Source of the DNA: Bacillota bacterium
GTDB taxonomy: Bacteria > Bacillota > Sulfobacillia > UBA995
NCBI GenBank assembly: GCA_035477115.1
Contig: DATIKW010000041.1
Coordinates: 1,781 to 65,780, forward strand
Direction of reading: 5' to 3'
DNA length: 64,000 bases
Part shown: positions 38,632 to 48,409 of the stretch, in pieces
Layout: every line of letters starts with the position of its first letter
How positions within the stretch are numbered: position 1 is the stretch's first letter
The notes under the pieces: model-generated
Told to the model about the DNA's origin: nothing
The model's database searches: none
The model's input: only the letters and a program-made list of their open reading frames with translations
Made by a program: the position numbers and the translations under genes

Positions 38632-39957
38632 TCAAAATCTCACATAGGGCAGGGTAAACGGCCCCTCGGGGAGGACGGCCATGGGCTTCTCCTGTTTCGT
38701 ACCGGCCTTCATGAGCCGGGATTCGGAGCTTGAACCCATGGGGAGGATGGGTGCCTCCTTCACGCCCTTTGCCAGGTGCCGCCTCGCCCGCTCCAGTCCT
38801 TCCTGGACGCTGGCGACGGGATGGAGGAAGGCGCCGGCGACGTCGCCTGCGCCCAGCGATGAATACAGGAAGACGGTGGCCCATTGTAGTATGGAGCACA
38901 GCACCTGCGCCTGCCACTGGTCCTCGCGGGTGTCCGGTTTGGCGAGGATCTCAGCCAGCAATTCCCCGGGCGAAGCCGCCGAGCGCAACATGGAAGCGAA
39001 GCCGCCCGCCGGCAGGCCGAGCCGGCATTCCGACGCTGCCACGATGCAGCCGCCGGGGGCGACGATGCGGGCCGCCGCCGACAGCCCTTTGACCGTCTGG
39101 TACAGATTCTGATCCAGCGGCCATCCGCCGTTGGTGGTGATGACGATGGGGAAGGGATGGTCGACGGGGCAAAGTGCCAGCTCACCGACGAAAGCACAGC
39201 CTTGATGGTGGGCCAGGCGGACATCCCCGGCGAACACCCCCACGATCTCGCGGCGCCGGTTGATGGCCACGTTGATCGACAAGTCGGGTGGGAGCAGCGC
39301 GCAAGCCTCAGCGATTTCCGTCTGGACCGGATTGTCTTCCAGCCGGCCCCAGGTGGTGCCCGGGTGGGCGATCAGCCGGGCGGAATGGATGTTCAGGATG
39401 GTGTCGAGACCGGCGATTCCCGGTACCACCGCCTTGGGCCCTCCTGAGAACCCGGCGAAAAAGTGGGGCTCGAGGAGGCTGATGGTGATGCGCCGGTCGG
39501 CCCGGACGTAGCGCCGGTTGAGCCATACCGCCAGGCCTGACCCGGTATGACCTGCCAGTTCCAGGTTGGCTGCATCTCGCGCGTCGTGGTCGGCCCCCAG
39601 GATGCCGGGCCCGAGCAGTTCCGCCCGCTCGCCCGGCGTGGACGGCCGATGGGCGCCGGTGCCGACCAAGAAGGAGAGCCGCAGCCGGGGTATGCCGGCC
39701 GTCGCTTCCTTCAGCCAGGATACCAGGCGGGAGGTTGGAAGGGGCCGGGTCCTATCGGGCACCACCACGCACACATCGTCTCCGGGCCTCAGGATCTCGT
39801 CCAGCGGGCGACACCCAATCGGCTGGCGGAGGGCATCCAGCACGGCTGCTCGCTCGTCGGGGAGCCCCAGGGCGAAACGCGGCTCCAGGACGCGGGAACC
39901 CTCAGGCACCGCCAGCCGGACGGTACCCTCGCCATACTGCAATTCCACCTCTGGCAT
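38632..39957 (-). CDS. LarA-family (DUF2088, nickel-pincer lactate racemase-like) protein
   Basis: The LarA N-terminal domain is recognisable. The start is ATG 39957 (MPEVELQYGEG), after GGAGGAGG. The tracked ORF has an upstream extension that crosses the promoter region. Confidence 0.7.
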   Translation of the reverse strand: MPEVELQYGEGTVRLAVPEGSRVLEPRFALGLPDERAAVLDALRQPIGCRPLDEILRPGDDVCVVVPDRTRPLPTSRLVSWLKEATAGIPRLRLSFLVGTGAHRPSTPGERAELLGPGILGADHDARDAANLELAGHTGSGLAVWLNRRYVRADRRITISLLEPHFFAGFSGGPKAVVPGIAGLDTILNIHSARLIAHPGTTWGRLEDNPVQTEIAEACALLPPDLSINVAINRRREIVGVFAGDVRLAHHQGCAFVGELALCPVDHPFPIVITTNGGWPLDQNLYQTVKGLSAAARIVAPGGCIVAASECRLGLPAGGFASMLRSAASPGELLAEILAKPDTREDQWQAQVLCSILQWATVFLYSSLGAGDVAGAFLHPVASVQEGLERARRHLAKGVKEAPILPMGSSSESRLMKAGTKQEKPMAVLPEGPFTLPYVRF

Positions 39958-40013
39958 CGCGCTCGCCTCCTCCGACCTGCTGCAATGCCTGTTGGGGAGA
40001 ATATACCATATTC

Positions 40014-40031
40014 GACTCCTCCCGAGGAGTC
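40014..40031. promoter_or_regulatory. Perfect 8-bp inverted repeat GACTCCTC-CC-GAGGAGTC in the divergent larA-like / S8 protease intergenic region
   Basis: It sits between candidate -10 (TATATT on the minus strand at ~40009-40014) and -35 positions of the larA-like promoter. This is an operator-like arrangement. Confidence 0.3.
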
Positions 40032-40085
40032 CCATACACGGTCATAAGATCGCTTCGAATATCCTATAGCGAGAATGAAGGCTAC

Positions 40086-40133
40086 CGCCATCCCGCCGTT
40101 TTCATGCCCCGAGGTGCCCCGGGGCCATGAGGG
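40086..40133 (-). repeat. REP-like module 1 only, in reverse orientation (copy D)
   Basis: The reverse complement reads CTCATGGCCCCGGGGCACCTCGGGGCATGAAAACGGCGGGATGGCGG, matching module 1 of copies A and B. Confidence 0.6.
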
Positions 40134-40278
40134 TCTACAGCGGACAGGACGTGCCCGCTGGGCCGCTGGGCGCAAACGCGGTCGGTGGCGGCGAGTGCGC
40201 CCGGGAAGTGACGCGGCTTCAGTCGCTGTGGAGTATCACCTGCACCGGGTCAGATGGGGGGAGTTCGCTCTGTCACGC

Positions 40279-41394
40279 ATGGTTCACCCTGACCGTCCTC
40301 GCGACTCCGCCGCCGGGGATGGGATCGTGTTGCTGGGGTTCGAGAGACCGGTAGCGGCCAACCTTATGGGGGTGCTCGGGCCGCAACTCGAAGTGGTACA
40401 CTCCTTCCGACTCATGCCGGTGATGGCCGTACGCCCGCCCCGGGGCTGGACCGCAAGCGCAGCGCTCGCCATGCCGGGTCTCAGCTTCGTCGAGCAGAAC
40501 GGGCAAGTCCTGGCCTTGGAGACCGTGCCCTGGGGAGTGGAGCGCGTGGGTGCCCCCGCGGCCCAGCGGCAGTTCACGGGGGCGGGAATTAACGTCGCCA
40601 TCCTTGACACCGGCATCGACTCCCAGCATGAGGATCTTCGCGTACTCGGCGGGGCCAGTTTCGTGGGCGGGGACCACGAAGATCGTAATGGTCACGGCAC
40701 CCACGTGGCAGGTACTATCGCCGGACTCGGGACCAGACGGGGAGTGGTCGGGGTAGCTCCCGGAGTCCGCCTCTACGCCGTCAAGGTGCTGGATGACGAT
40801 GGGGTCGGCACCTGGTTGAGCGTGGCCCGGGGGATCGAGTGGGCCGTGCGTAACAACATGCGGGTGGTCAATCTGAGCCTGGGTTCGCCCCAGGCCAGTC
40901 GCACCCTGGAATTGGCCTGCCGGGAGGCGGAGGAGGCGGGCTCGCTCCTGGTCGGGGCCGCCGGCAACAGCGGCGGTCCAACCGGTGCCGAAAGCAGCGT
41001 GAATTACCCGGCGGCCTTCGGGCAAGTCATCGCCGTCGCCGCCTCCGACCAGAGGAATCACCGGGCACCGTGGTCGAGCACCGGCCCGGAAGTGGAACTG
41101 ATTGCCCCGGGGGCCGCCATTCTGAGCACGGCGCCGGGTAACCGTTACACGGAGTTGAGCGGCACATCGATGGCATGTCCGCACGTGTCGGGGGCGGCGG
41201 CCCTGGCCTGGTCGGCCACACCCGGGTTGTCGGCCCTGCAGGTGCGGTGCCTCCTCGCGGATACGGCGGAGGATCTAGGGATGAATCACGGCTTGCAGGG
41301 CCGAGGGCTCGTGCGGGCGGACCGGGCGGTGGAAGAGGCCGGAAAGCAGTCGCCGAATCGAAGACCACAGGTGTCGGGCCTTCACCCTGTCTAG
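40279..41394 (+). CDS. Subtilisin-like S8 serine protease with an I9-like propeptide and no signal peptide
   Basis: AILDTGID (Asp), HGTHVAG (His) and GTSMACPHVSG (Ser) form the catalytic triad. The start is uncertain: ATG 40279, or GTG 40228. Confidence 0.75.
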   Translation: MVHPDRPRDSAAGDGIVLLGFERPVAANLMGVLGPQLEVVHSFRLMPVMAVRPPRGWTASAALAMPGLSFVEQNGQVLALETVPWGVERVGAPAAQRQFTGAGINVAILDTGIDSQHEDLRVLGGASFVGGDHEDRNGHGTHVAGTIAGLGTRRGVVGVAPGVRLYAVKVLDDDGVGTWLSVARGIEWAVRNNMRVVNLSLGSPQASRTLELACREAEEAGSLLVGAAGNSGGPTGAESSVNYPAAFGQVIAVAASDQRNHRAPWSSTGPEVELIAPGAAILSTAPGNRYTELSGTSMACPHVSGAAALAWSATPGLSALQVRCLLADTAEDLGMNHGLQGRGLVRADRAVEEAGKQSPNRRPQVSGLHPV

Positions 41395-41411
41395 CGACAA
41401 TGTAGGGGCGG

Positions 41412-41440
41412 GTTCGGAACCCGCCCCTACCAGCCCGGCC
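41412..41440. repeat. REP-like palindrome only (copy F), between convergent genes
   Basis: GTAGGGGCGGGTTCGGAACCCGCCCCTAC. It probably acts as a bidirectional terminator or mRNA stabiliser. Confidence 0.65.
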
Positions 41441-41516
41441 CAATGGCAGGGCACTTCCAAGCCCGCTCCTGGCTACCCGGCGCTCAGCCGCCAGTTAGAG
41501 ACGGCGCGCGCGGCAG

Positions 41517-42743
41517 CTACGTCCGGAACAGCACCCGTTCCTTGCGGAAACAGGCCACCGCGAAGGCCAGGGCGAACCGGATTCCCACCGCGCTCACTGC
41601 CAGCGTCATCGCGATGTGCTCGAGGTCGATGATGCCGACCAACGCTTCCTTGAGGACGGCCAGGCTGCCCAGCACGGGCACGAAGAAGAACCATTCCGGC
41701 ACGTGCTCTACCGGCAGGAACTGGGTGAAGATCGCCGGGAAGATGACCACGAAGGACAGAGGTGAGAGGTAAGTCTGAGCCTCCCGGAAGCTCCGGGCGT
41801 AAAGGCTGATGGCAAGCTGCAGGGCTGAGAACATCCCCGCCAGGCCCAGGACCACGAGGAGGATCACGCCGGCGGCCGGGGCCGGCAAGATCTCTGCCAG
41901 GCCGACTTGCAGGTCCGCCCCCGGTCCCAGGAGGGCGGCGGGACGGACCAGGAAGGTGAGGACCATCCCCAGCAGGGACACGGCGGAGGCGAGCACCGAG
42001 GTGAGGACCACCGCCAGGTACTTGCCGATCACGATGGCCGTACGCGACGCCGGGGTGGACAGCAGGGGTTCAAGCGTGCCCCTCTCCTTTTCGCCGGCGG
42101 CGCCGTCGATGGCCGCGTACATCCCGCCCGTCGACGCCCATATCGCCAGCAACATGGGCATGATCATCCCCAGAGCGAAGCCGACCATCCGCTGGGGAGG
42201 GGCCAGGTTCTCGACCGACCACGGGAGCGGGTTCAGGATCGCCGGGTCCAGACCCCGCGCAGCCAGGCGACCGGCTACCACCCGGCTGGCGAACTCGCCC
42301 AGGGCGGCCGCCAACCGGTCCCGGGCGGCGGTCGAAAACTCGTCGGATGCATCGAAAGCCAGCCGCAACTGGGCGGGTACCTCTCCGGCCACCGCCGCGG
42401 CCATCCCTTCGGGGAGGTAGAGGATGGCGTGAACGGCGCGCTCGGCCAGCCCCGCTACCGGGTCCTCCAACTGGACGGCGTTCACCCCGTCGAGGCCGTC
42501 GAGGAACGCGACCAGATCCGGGTAATGCTCGGCTCCCACCACGGCCACGGCCACCGGCGTCTCTTCGACTCGCTCCATATGTTGCACCATGATCGTGGGC
42601 ATCGCCAGCAGAAGCAGGGGTACGAGCAATAGGGGGATGATGATCATGGCCAGCCAGGTGCGGCGGTCTCTTGTGGTGTCGATCAGTTCCTTGCGGAATA
42701 CCACTCCGACATGCCGCCACTGAAAGTCGCGGCGCCCCCTCAT
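41517..42743 (-). CDS. ABC-2 family transporter permease (NatB-like)
   Basis: An N-terminal TM helix and a large extracytoplasmic loop are followed by 5 TM helices. The start overlaps the ATPase gene stop (ATGA). Confidence 0.75.
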   Translation of the reverse strand: MRGRRDFQWRHVGVVFRKELIDTTRDRRTWLAMIIIPLLLVPLLLLAMPTIMVQHMERVEETPVAVAVVGAEHYPDLVAFLDGLDGVNAVQLEDPVAGLAERAVHAILYLPEGMAAAVAGEVPAQLRLAFDASDEFSTAARDRLAAALGEFASRVVAGRLAARGLDPAILNPLPWSVENLAPPQRMVGFALGMIMPMLLAIWASTGGMYAAIDGAAGEKERGTLEPLLSTPASRTAIVIGKYLAVVLTSVLASAVSLLGMVLTFLVRPAALLGPGADLQVGLAEILPAPAAGVILLVVLGLAGMFSALQLAISLYARSFREAQTYLSPLSFVVIFPAIFTQFLPVEHVPEWFFFVPVLGSLAVLKEALVGIIDLEHIAMTLAVSAVGIRFALAFAVACFRKERVLFRT

Positions 42744-43486
42744 GACTGTTCACCTACCAGACGGGCGAAGACATCCTCGAATCGCTCCCGGGTGGAGTGA
42801 GATTTCAATTCGTTGACGGTGCCATCGGCGATGATCCGGCCGCGATGGATGACGGCCACCCGGTCGCACAACTTCTCCACCTGGCTCATGATGTGGCTGG
42901 AGAAGATGACCGTCTTGCCGGCCGCCCGGGCTTCGCCGATGAACTCCTCGACCGCCCGCGTCGCGAGCACGTCCAGCCCTGCCGTGGGCTCGTCCATCAG
43001 CAGCACGGGAGGGTCGGTCAGCCAGGCGCGGGCCAGAGCCACTTTCTGTTTCATGCCCCGGGAAAGCTGACCGGAACGCCGGTCGGCGAACTCCTCCATA
43101 TCCAGCCGTCGCAACAGCTCGGCGGACCGCCGGGCGATCTCCGGCCGGGGCATGCCATGCAACTCGCCGAAGTAACGGAGGTGCTCGCGGGGGGTCAGGC
43201 GGTCATACACGCCGGGCTCCGCCGCGACCACCCCCAACTGGCGGCGTACCTCAGAGGGGTCGCGCAAGAGGTCGACGCCGTTGATCAGGGCGGTGCCCGA
43301 AGTGGGATCGAGGATGGTGGCCAATAACCGCAAGGTAGTGGTCTTTCCGGCCCCATTTTCCCCCAGGAGGCCGAAAATCTCGCCCGCATTCGCCCGGAAG
43401 CTGACCCCGTCTACCGCCAGGACCCCGTTGCGGCCAAACCGCTTGGACAGCTCTCTGACTTCCACCAAACGCGCGCCACCTCCCAT
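42740..43486 (-). CDS. ABC transporter ATP-binding protein (NatA-like)
   Basis: Walker A (GENGAGKTT), ABC signature (LSRGMKQKVALA) and Walker B (LLMDEPTAGLD). Confidence 0.85.
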   Translation of the reverse strand: MGGGARLVEVRELSKRFGRNGVLAVDGVSFRANAGEIFGLLGENGAGKTTTLRLLATILDPTSGTALINGVDLLRDPSEVRRQLGVVAAEPGVYDRLTPREHLRYFGELHGMPRPEIARRSAELLRRLDMEEFADRRSGQLSRGMKQKVALARAWLTDPPVLLMDEPTAGLDVLATRAVEEFIGEARAAGKTVIFSSHIMSQVEKLCDRVAVIHRGRIIADGTVNELKSHSTRERFEDVFARLVGEQS

Positions 43487-43676
43487 AGATGGGCTGCTCG
43501 GCCGTGAAGAGATGCTGGCGCAGGCCCCTCGCCTTGCGCTGCCTCCTGCAATTTACCATCGAAAGTCAGCAGCGTCAACCGGGGGAGTTCCGGCGGAGCG
43601 CCATGGAGGCGGCGCGGGCTCCCGGCAGGAGAAAGCGCCCGGACAGGCGAAGCCGCTTCCAACAGGTGATTCCCTG

Positions 43677-45086
43677 ATGTCCTGGCCCCCTGCGTCGCTG
43701 ACCACGCCGCGAACTCCCGGTTCATCCCGATGGCGCCGAGTCCTGTTGCGATTCTTCCGCGGAGGGATCCTCCGCCGCCGTGTGGTCGCCCTGGCCTGGC
43801 CGGCCGTCGCCGAGCAGATGCTGCAGAACGCGCTCGGCATCGTCGACATGATCCTCGTCGGCGGCATCGGGCCCGCCGCCATCGCCGCCGTGGGGATGAG
43901 CGACCAGATCGTCATGCTGGTCCTGGTCAGCTTCGCCGCCTTCAACGTGGGCACCACCGCCCTCGTCGCCCGGCATGCCGGCTCGCGGGACATGGCGGCC
44001 GCCGCCCGTGTCGCTCACCAGGCGATCCTGGTCAGTTTCGGGCTCGGGACATCGCTCGGCGCAATCGCGTTCATGGCCGCCCCGCGGGCTCTCACTTTGA
44101 TGGGTGCGGCACCCGACGTCCTGGTGCTGGGGACGCCTTACTTCCGGCTGATGTGCGCCTCCATCCCCTTCCTGGCCTTGTCGGTCGTGGGCAATGCCAC
44201 GCTGCGGGGGATTGGCGATACCCGTACTCCCCTGTACGTTGCGGTAGCAGTCAGCCTGCTTCACATGACGCTTGCCTTCTTGTTGATCTTCGGCCACCTG
44301 GGACTGCCGCGGCTCGGGGTGGTGGGCGCCGGCATTGCCACCTTGTCGGCCCGGACCCTGTCGGGCGTGGTGACGCTGTGGGTGCTGTTGAGCGGGCGGA
44401 GCCTCCTTCAGCTGTCCTTCTCGGGGCTCCGAAAGTGGCAGGGGGAAACCATGCTGCGGCTCTTGCGCGTGGGTCTGCCGGCTGCCGGCGAGCAGTTCGT
44501 GATGCGGCTCGGGATGACGCTATATGCCCGGATCATCGCCGGGCTGGGGACGGCCGCCTTCGCCGCTCACCGGGTGGCGCTCACCGCCGAGTCGCTGTCT
44601 TTCACACCGGGTTTCGGGTTCGCCCTGGCGGCAGCGACTCTGGTGGGCCAGGGTCTGGGCGCGCGAAAGCCGCGGGCAGCGGAGGCGGCCGGCTACCAGA
44701 CGCTGCATTACGCGGTCGCCATGATGTCGTCGATGGGCCTCGTCTTCTTCATCTTCTCCCGCCCCCTGGTGCTCGTGTTCACTCAGGATCCGGAAGTTGT
44801 GGACCTGGCTTCGCTGTGTCTGAAGATCGTCGGACTGGCCCAGCCGGTGCTGGCTTCCTCGATGGTCATGGCCGGCGCCCTGCGCGGGGCGGGGGATACG
44901 CGGTGGACCCTGCTCATCACCGCCTCCGGCATCTGGCTGCTGCGGATTCCCCTGGCGCTGTTGCTCACGAACCTGGGTCTCGGGTTGCCCGGGGCCTGGG
45001 TGGCCATGACCGTCGACCTGACGATCCGGGGAGCCCTGATGTACTGGCGTTACCGCGCCGGCCGCTGGAAATCCATCCAGATCTGA
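43677..45086 (+). CDS. MATE-family efflux transporter
   Basis: Twelve TM helices with a MATE-like duplicated architecture. The chosen start is ATG 43677. The tracked ORF begins 400 nt upstream inside the opposite-strand ATPase gene. Confidence 0.7.
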   Translation: MSWPPASLTTPRTPGSSRWRRVLLRFFRGGILRRRVVALAWPAVAEQMLQNALGIVDMILVGGIGPAAIAAVGMSDQIVMLVLVSFAAFNVGTTALVARHAGSRDMAAAARVAHQAILVSFGLGTSLGAIAFMAAPRALTLMGAAPDVLVLGTPYFRLMCASIPFLALSVVGNATLRGIGDTRTPLYVAVAVSLLHMTLAFLLIFGHLGLPRLGVVGAGIATLSARTLSGVVTLWVLLSGRSLLQLSFSGLRKWQGETMLRLLRVGLPAAGEQFVMRLGMTLYARIIAGLGTAAFAAHRVALTAESLSFTPGFGFALAAATLVGQGLGARKPRAAEAAGYQTLHYAVAMMSSMGLVFFIFSRPLVLVFTQDPEVVDLASLCLKIVGLAQPVLASSMVMAGALRGAGDTRWTLLITASGIWLLRIPLALLLTNLGLGLPGAWVAMTVDLTIRGALMYWRYRAGRWKSIQI

Positions 45087-45096
45087 GCAGGCTCCC

Positions 45097-45177
45097 GTGC
45101 CCCTCAGGGCATCACGAAGCATGAAAACGGCCGACTGCCTCTTCCGGTGGCAGGGGCGGGTTCGGAACCCGCCCCTA
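45097..45177 (+). repeat. REP-like element, copy E (partial module 1, ..GCATGAAAACGGC.., plus palindrome), between convergent genes
   Basis: AGGGGCGGGTTCGGAACCCGCCCCTAT. Confidence 0.65.
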
Positions 45178-46542
45178 TGATGGCCGGGGAACGGGGATGA
45201 TCAGCCGCGCTCCCGGGACCAGCCGATGCGGATTTCCGAGCGCGTTAGCTTGCGCTATCTCAGCCCATCCCAGGCCGTATCGGCGGCCCAACAGCCAGAG
45301 GGTGTCCCCGGCCCGGACGCGGTGCAGGCGCGGCAGCCGCAGATCGCGGCCGGCGTGAATGGTGTAGGGCGCGACGAGACCGTTGCCGCGGGCGATCTCC
45401 GGCCAGGGCACCCCATAGCGTTGGGCCAGGCGCCACAGCGTATCGCCCGGGCGTACGCGATGGACTGCCGGCGCTGCGGCGGGAGAGCGCGCCGCCGTGA
45501 CCGGCGAACGGTCGCCGAGCCGATCGGAGATCAGCGGCCAGATGGCGGGATCCTCGGTTCCCAGGCGCCAGATGGCGATGCCGGCCAGCCCGTGAGCGGT
45601 CACCAGACGGAGCTTGGCGGCCACACTGCGAGCATCCTCGAAGTAGACGATCCGGTCCCGGCCGCCTACCTGGTAACGAAAGTAAGGCACCTGAGCCCGT
45701 TCATCCCAGCGGACGGCCACGCCGTGCCGGGCTGCCAGACGAGGGGCATGCCGGCTCGTGACTGCCTGCCCGCGGCCGCCGCCCACGGGCCAGTCGTAGC
45801 CGTAGGCGGCGATCCCCAGCAGGACCCGGTCGGCGGGGACGAGTTGCAGTGTGTGGCGTACCACGGCCGCCACCCAGTCGATGGCGGCGACCGGTCCCGG
45901 GGGGCCGCCCGCCCAGTGCTGGTCATAAGTCATGACCACCAGGTGATCGACGATCCGGCCGAGCGCTCGATAGTCGTAGGCGCCGCTCCAGCCGTGGGAG
46001 GGATCATCCCTGACCTGAGCGGGCACGGCGATGCCCAGCCGGTAACCGCGAGGCTGGAGTTCAGCCGCCAGCAGGCTCATGAACCGGGTGAGATGATCGC
46101 GGTGGCGGGGGGGTACGTTCTCGAAGTTGATGTGGATGCCGGAATACTCGCCGGACACCGCGAGTTCCCGGATGGACGCGACGGCCCTGCTCCGCGCCCC
46201 GGGATCGGTGAGGACCCTGGTCGCGATCCCCCGATCGAAGCCGCCCTGCCCGATGTTGTGGACCACGGCGTATACCTGGATGCCTTGCCTTGCGGCCAGG
46301 GGCAGCAGGACGGAATCGGCCTGCGCGGTGAGATTGCCGTGACCGTCGAGTGCGTACAGGAAAGCAGCGGCGCTGTCGACTGCCCGCGCGTGGGACAGGG
46401 ACCGATAGGCGGTGAGATCTCCCGTCCAGTTGACCGGGTAGTAGCCTAGCACCTGGTAGTCCGTCGCCGGGGCGGCAGCCGACGGGACGCCGGCTGCGGC
46501 CAGCAGGAAGGCGGCGAGAGCGATGGCCAGCAAACGGAACAT
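45175..46542 (-). CDS. Secreted GH18-family glycoside hydrolase (YaaH/SleL/YdhD-like) with two C-terminal LysM domains
   Basis: Signal peptide. The GH18 core contains HINFENV..MTYDQHW. Two LysM repeats follow (HRVRPGDTLWRLAQRYGV.., HRVRAGDTLWLLGRRYGL..). Confidence 0.8.
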   Translation of the reverse strand: MFRLLAIALAAFLLAAAGVPSAAAPATDYQVLGYYPVNWTGDLTAYRSLSHARAVDSAAAFLYALDGHGNLTAQADSVLLPLAARQGIQVYAVVHNIGQGGFDRGIATRVLTDPGARSRAVASIRELAVSGEYSGIHINFENVPPRHRDHLTRFMSLLAAELQPRGYRLGIAVPAQVRDDPSHGWSGAYDYRALGRIVDHLVVMTYDQHWAGGPPGPVAAIDWVAAVVRHTLQLVPADRVLLGIAAYGYDWPVGGGRGQAVTSRHAPRLAARHGVAVRWDERAQVPYFRYQVGGRDRIVYFEDARSVAAKLRLVTAHGLAGIAIWRLGTEDPAIWPLISDRLGDRSPVTAARSPAAAPAVHRVRPGDTLWRLAQRYGVPWPEIARGNGLVAPYTIHAGRDLRLPRLHRVRAGDTLWLLGRRYGLGWAEIAQANALGNPHRLVPGARLIIPVPRPS

Positions 46543-46752
46543 CTGTTTGAACTCCCCCTGACTTGTAAGTTACCTGAAGCACGGCAAACGAGTTCCATAA
46601 TGACCAGCCCTGTGCCTTCAAGTAAATGTTGGCAGGTTCCGGAAGCAGACTGGTACCGCAGATGATTCGGCGGAAGCTATTCGCCTGAGCAGGGACTTCC
46701 GCTCCGACCACCGAATACTCAGCAGGCAAAAGTTCTGCTCGGAGGTGGTTTC

Positions 46753-48384
46753 GTGGCCCGGCGTCCCTGGCTATGCACGTGGATCGTGCTGGTACTCCTG
46801 CTGGCGCCCGCCGCCCGGGTGGCGGGGCAGGTGATCGTCGAATTCGGCGATATCCAGGGACATGGGTCAGAGCCCTTCATCCGTGCTCTGCTCTACGGGG
46901 GCGTCATCGACATGACCGATGACCGGCGCTTCCAGCCGGACATCCCGGTCACCCGACTCGACTTTGCGGTTTGGGCGGCCCGGGCCCTGGAACTGACCCC
47001 GCCGGAAGTCTCTGAACCTCCCTTCACCGACTGGAGGGCGATACCGGAAACGAACCGCCCGCAGGTGGCGGCGATCCGGGCGGCGGATCTGATCCGCGGT
47101 TTCCCCGACGGCAGTTTCGGTCCGACCCGCGGGTTGCGCAGGGTGGAGATGGCCCTGATCCTCGGCCGCTATCTGGTCAGGCTCGGGGTGAAAGCCGATC
47201 CTCGCTTCTTCCATCTGTTTGCCGACGTTGCCGACGTGCCCGCCTGGGCGGCCGACGCATCCGCGGCCGTACGGACGCAGGTATTGTTGGCCCGGCCGGG
47301 GACGCCGGGGGCGCCCGGTCGGTTCGCCCCGGATGAGCCGGTTACCCGGGCCGAGGCGGCCGAGCTGATCGTGCGCTTCCGGGACGTAGTCCAGGAGTTG
47401 GCGCCGATCGCGAAGGCGCCCATCACCCCCCCGACCGTCCTGCCCCGCGCCCTGGTGCTGGTTTACTACGTCAACACCGATGCCGCTTATCGACACCTCC
47501 AGGAGTTCGGCGACCAGATCGACATCCTGGTGTACGTATCGTATGTGTTCAGGGGTGACGGTCGCTTGGTCGGGATCGACAGCCCGCGGACCATGGCCTG
47601 GGGAGCCGCCCGCGGCCGGCCCATTCTAGCCAAGCTGGGCAATCACGAGCGGTCGGTCAACCGGCAGCTGCTGAACAATCCCGCCGCTCGCCGGCGCGCC
47701 GTGGATGGACTCCTCGAACTCATGGCGCGGGGATACTCGGGGGTGGACCTCAATTTCGAAAACGTCGATCCCGCCGATCGCGATGCCTATACGTCTTTCG
47801 TGGCGGAAGTTGCGGCGGCCCTGCGTCCCCGGGGATATCTCATCGTGGCCTCCGTGCCGGCCCGTACCGCGGCAATGCTGCGGCAACAGTGGGCCACGGC
47901 TTACGACTACGCCGGCATCGGCCGGTCGGTCGACTTCATGATGGTGATGACCTACGACCAGCACCACCGCACGAGTCCGCCCGGGCCGGTGGGCGCTTTG
48001 AACTGGGCCGACCAGGTAATCCAGTTCGCGGTGAGCCAGGTGCCTCCGGCCAAAGTGCTCCTGGGCATCCCCGCCTATGGTTACCAGTGGCCCGACGGGG
48101 GCGGGCAGGCGACCGCCATCTTCGCCCGCAGCGCCATCGCCCGAGCACGAGAGGCCAACATTCCCCTCGTGCCGTGCCCGGTGACTGCCGAACTGACCTT
48201 CCGTTACCGGCATCCCGACCGGGGCACCTGGTACCGGGTATGGGTGACCGAACCCCAGGGTCTCGGGATGAAGCTCGGCCTGATCGAGCGGCATGGCCTG
48301 GGCGGGCTTGGCATGTGGCGTCTGGAGTTCGAGCCCCCCGAGTACTGGCAGGAGTTTCGCCGGGCGCTGATGCCGAGACGCTGA
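46753..48384 (+). CDS. Secreted GH18-family glycoside hydrolase with three N-terminal SLH domains
   Basis: Signal peptide. SLH repeats are F.D....HGSEPFIRAL, FTDW..IP..AAIRAADLIRGFPDGSF and FADV.DVPAWAA. The GH18 core (LNFENV..MTYDQHH) is a paralog of the 45175-46542 gene. The start is GTG, after GGAGGTGG. Confidence 0.8.
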   Translation: MARRPWLCTWIVLVLLLAPAARVAGQVIVEFGDIQGHGSEPFIRALLYGGVIDMTDDRRFQPDIPVTRLDFAVWAARALELTPPEVSEPPFTDWRAIPETNRPQVAAIRAADLIRGFPDGSFGPTRGLRRVEMALILGRYLVRLGVKADPRFFHLFADVADVPAWAADASAAVRTQVLLARPGTPGAPGRFAPDEPVTRAEAAELIVRFRDVVQELAPIAKAPITPPTVLPRALVLVYYVNTDAAYRHLQEFGDQIDILVYVSYVFRGDGRLVGIDSPRTMAWGAARGRPILAKLGNHERSVNRQLLNNPAARRRAVDGLLELMARGYSGVDLNFENVDPADRDAYTSFVAEVAAALRPRGYLIVASVPARTAAMLRQQWATAYDYAGIGRSVDFMMVMTYDQHHRTSPPGPVGALNWADQVIQFAVSQVPPAKVLLGIPAYGYQWPDGGGQATAIFARSAIARAREANIPLVPCPVTAELTFRYRHPDRGTWYRVWVTEPQGLGMKLGLIERHGLGGLGMWRLEFEPPEYWQEFRRALMPRR

Positions 48385-48409
48385 TGCGCTACGACGGCGG
48401 TCGGCGCCG

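Noticed and set aside
43730-45124. 464-aa alternative-frame ORF across the MATE gene
   Set aside because: Composition is Arg/Gly/Pro/His-rich, and the MATE frame is well supported.
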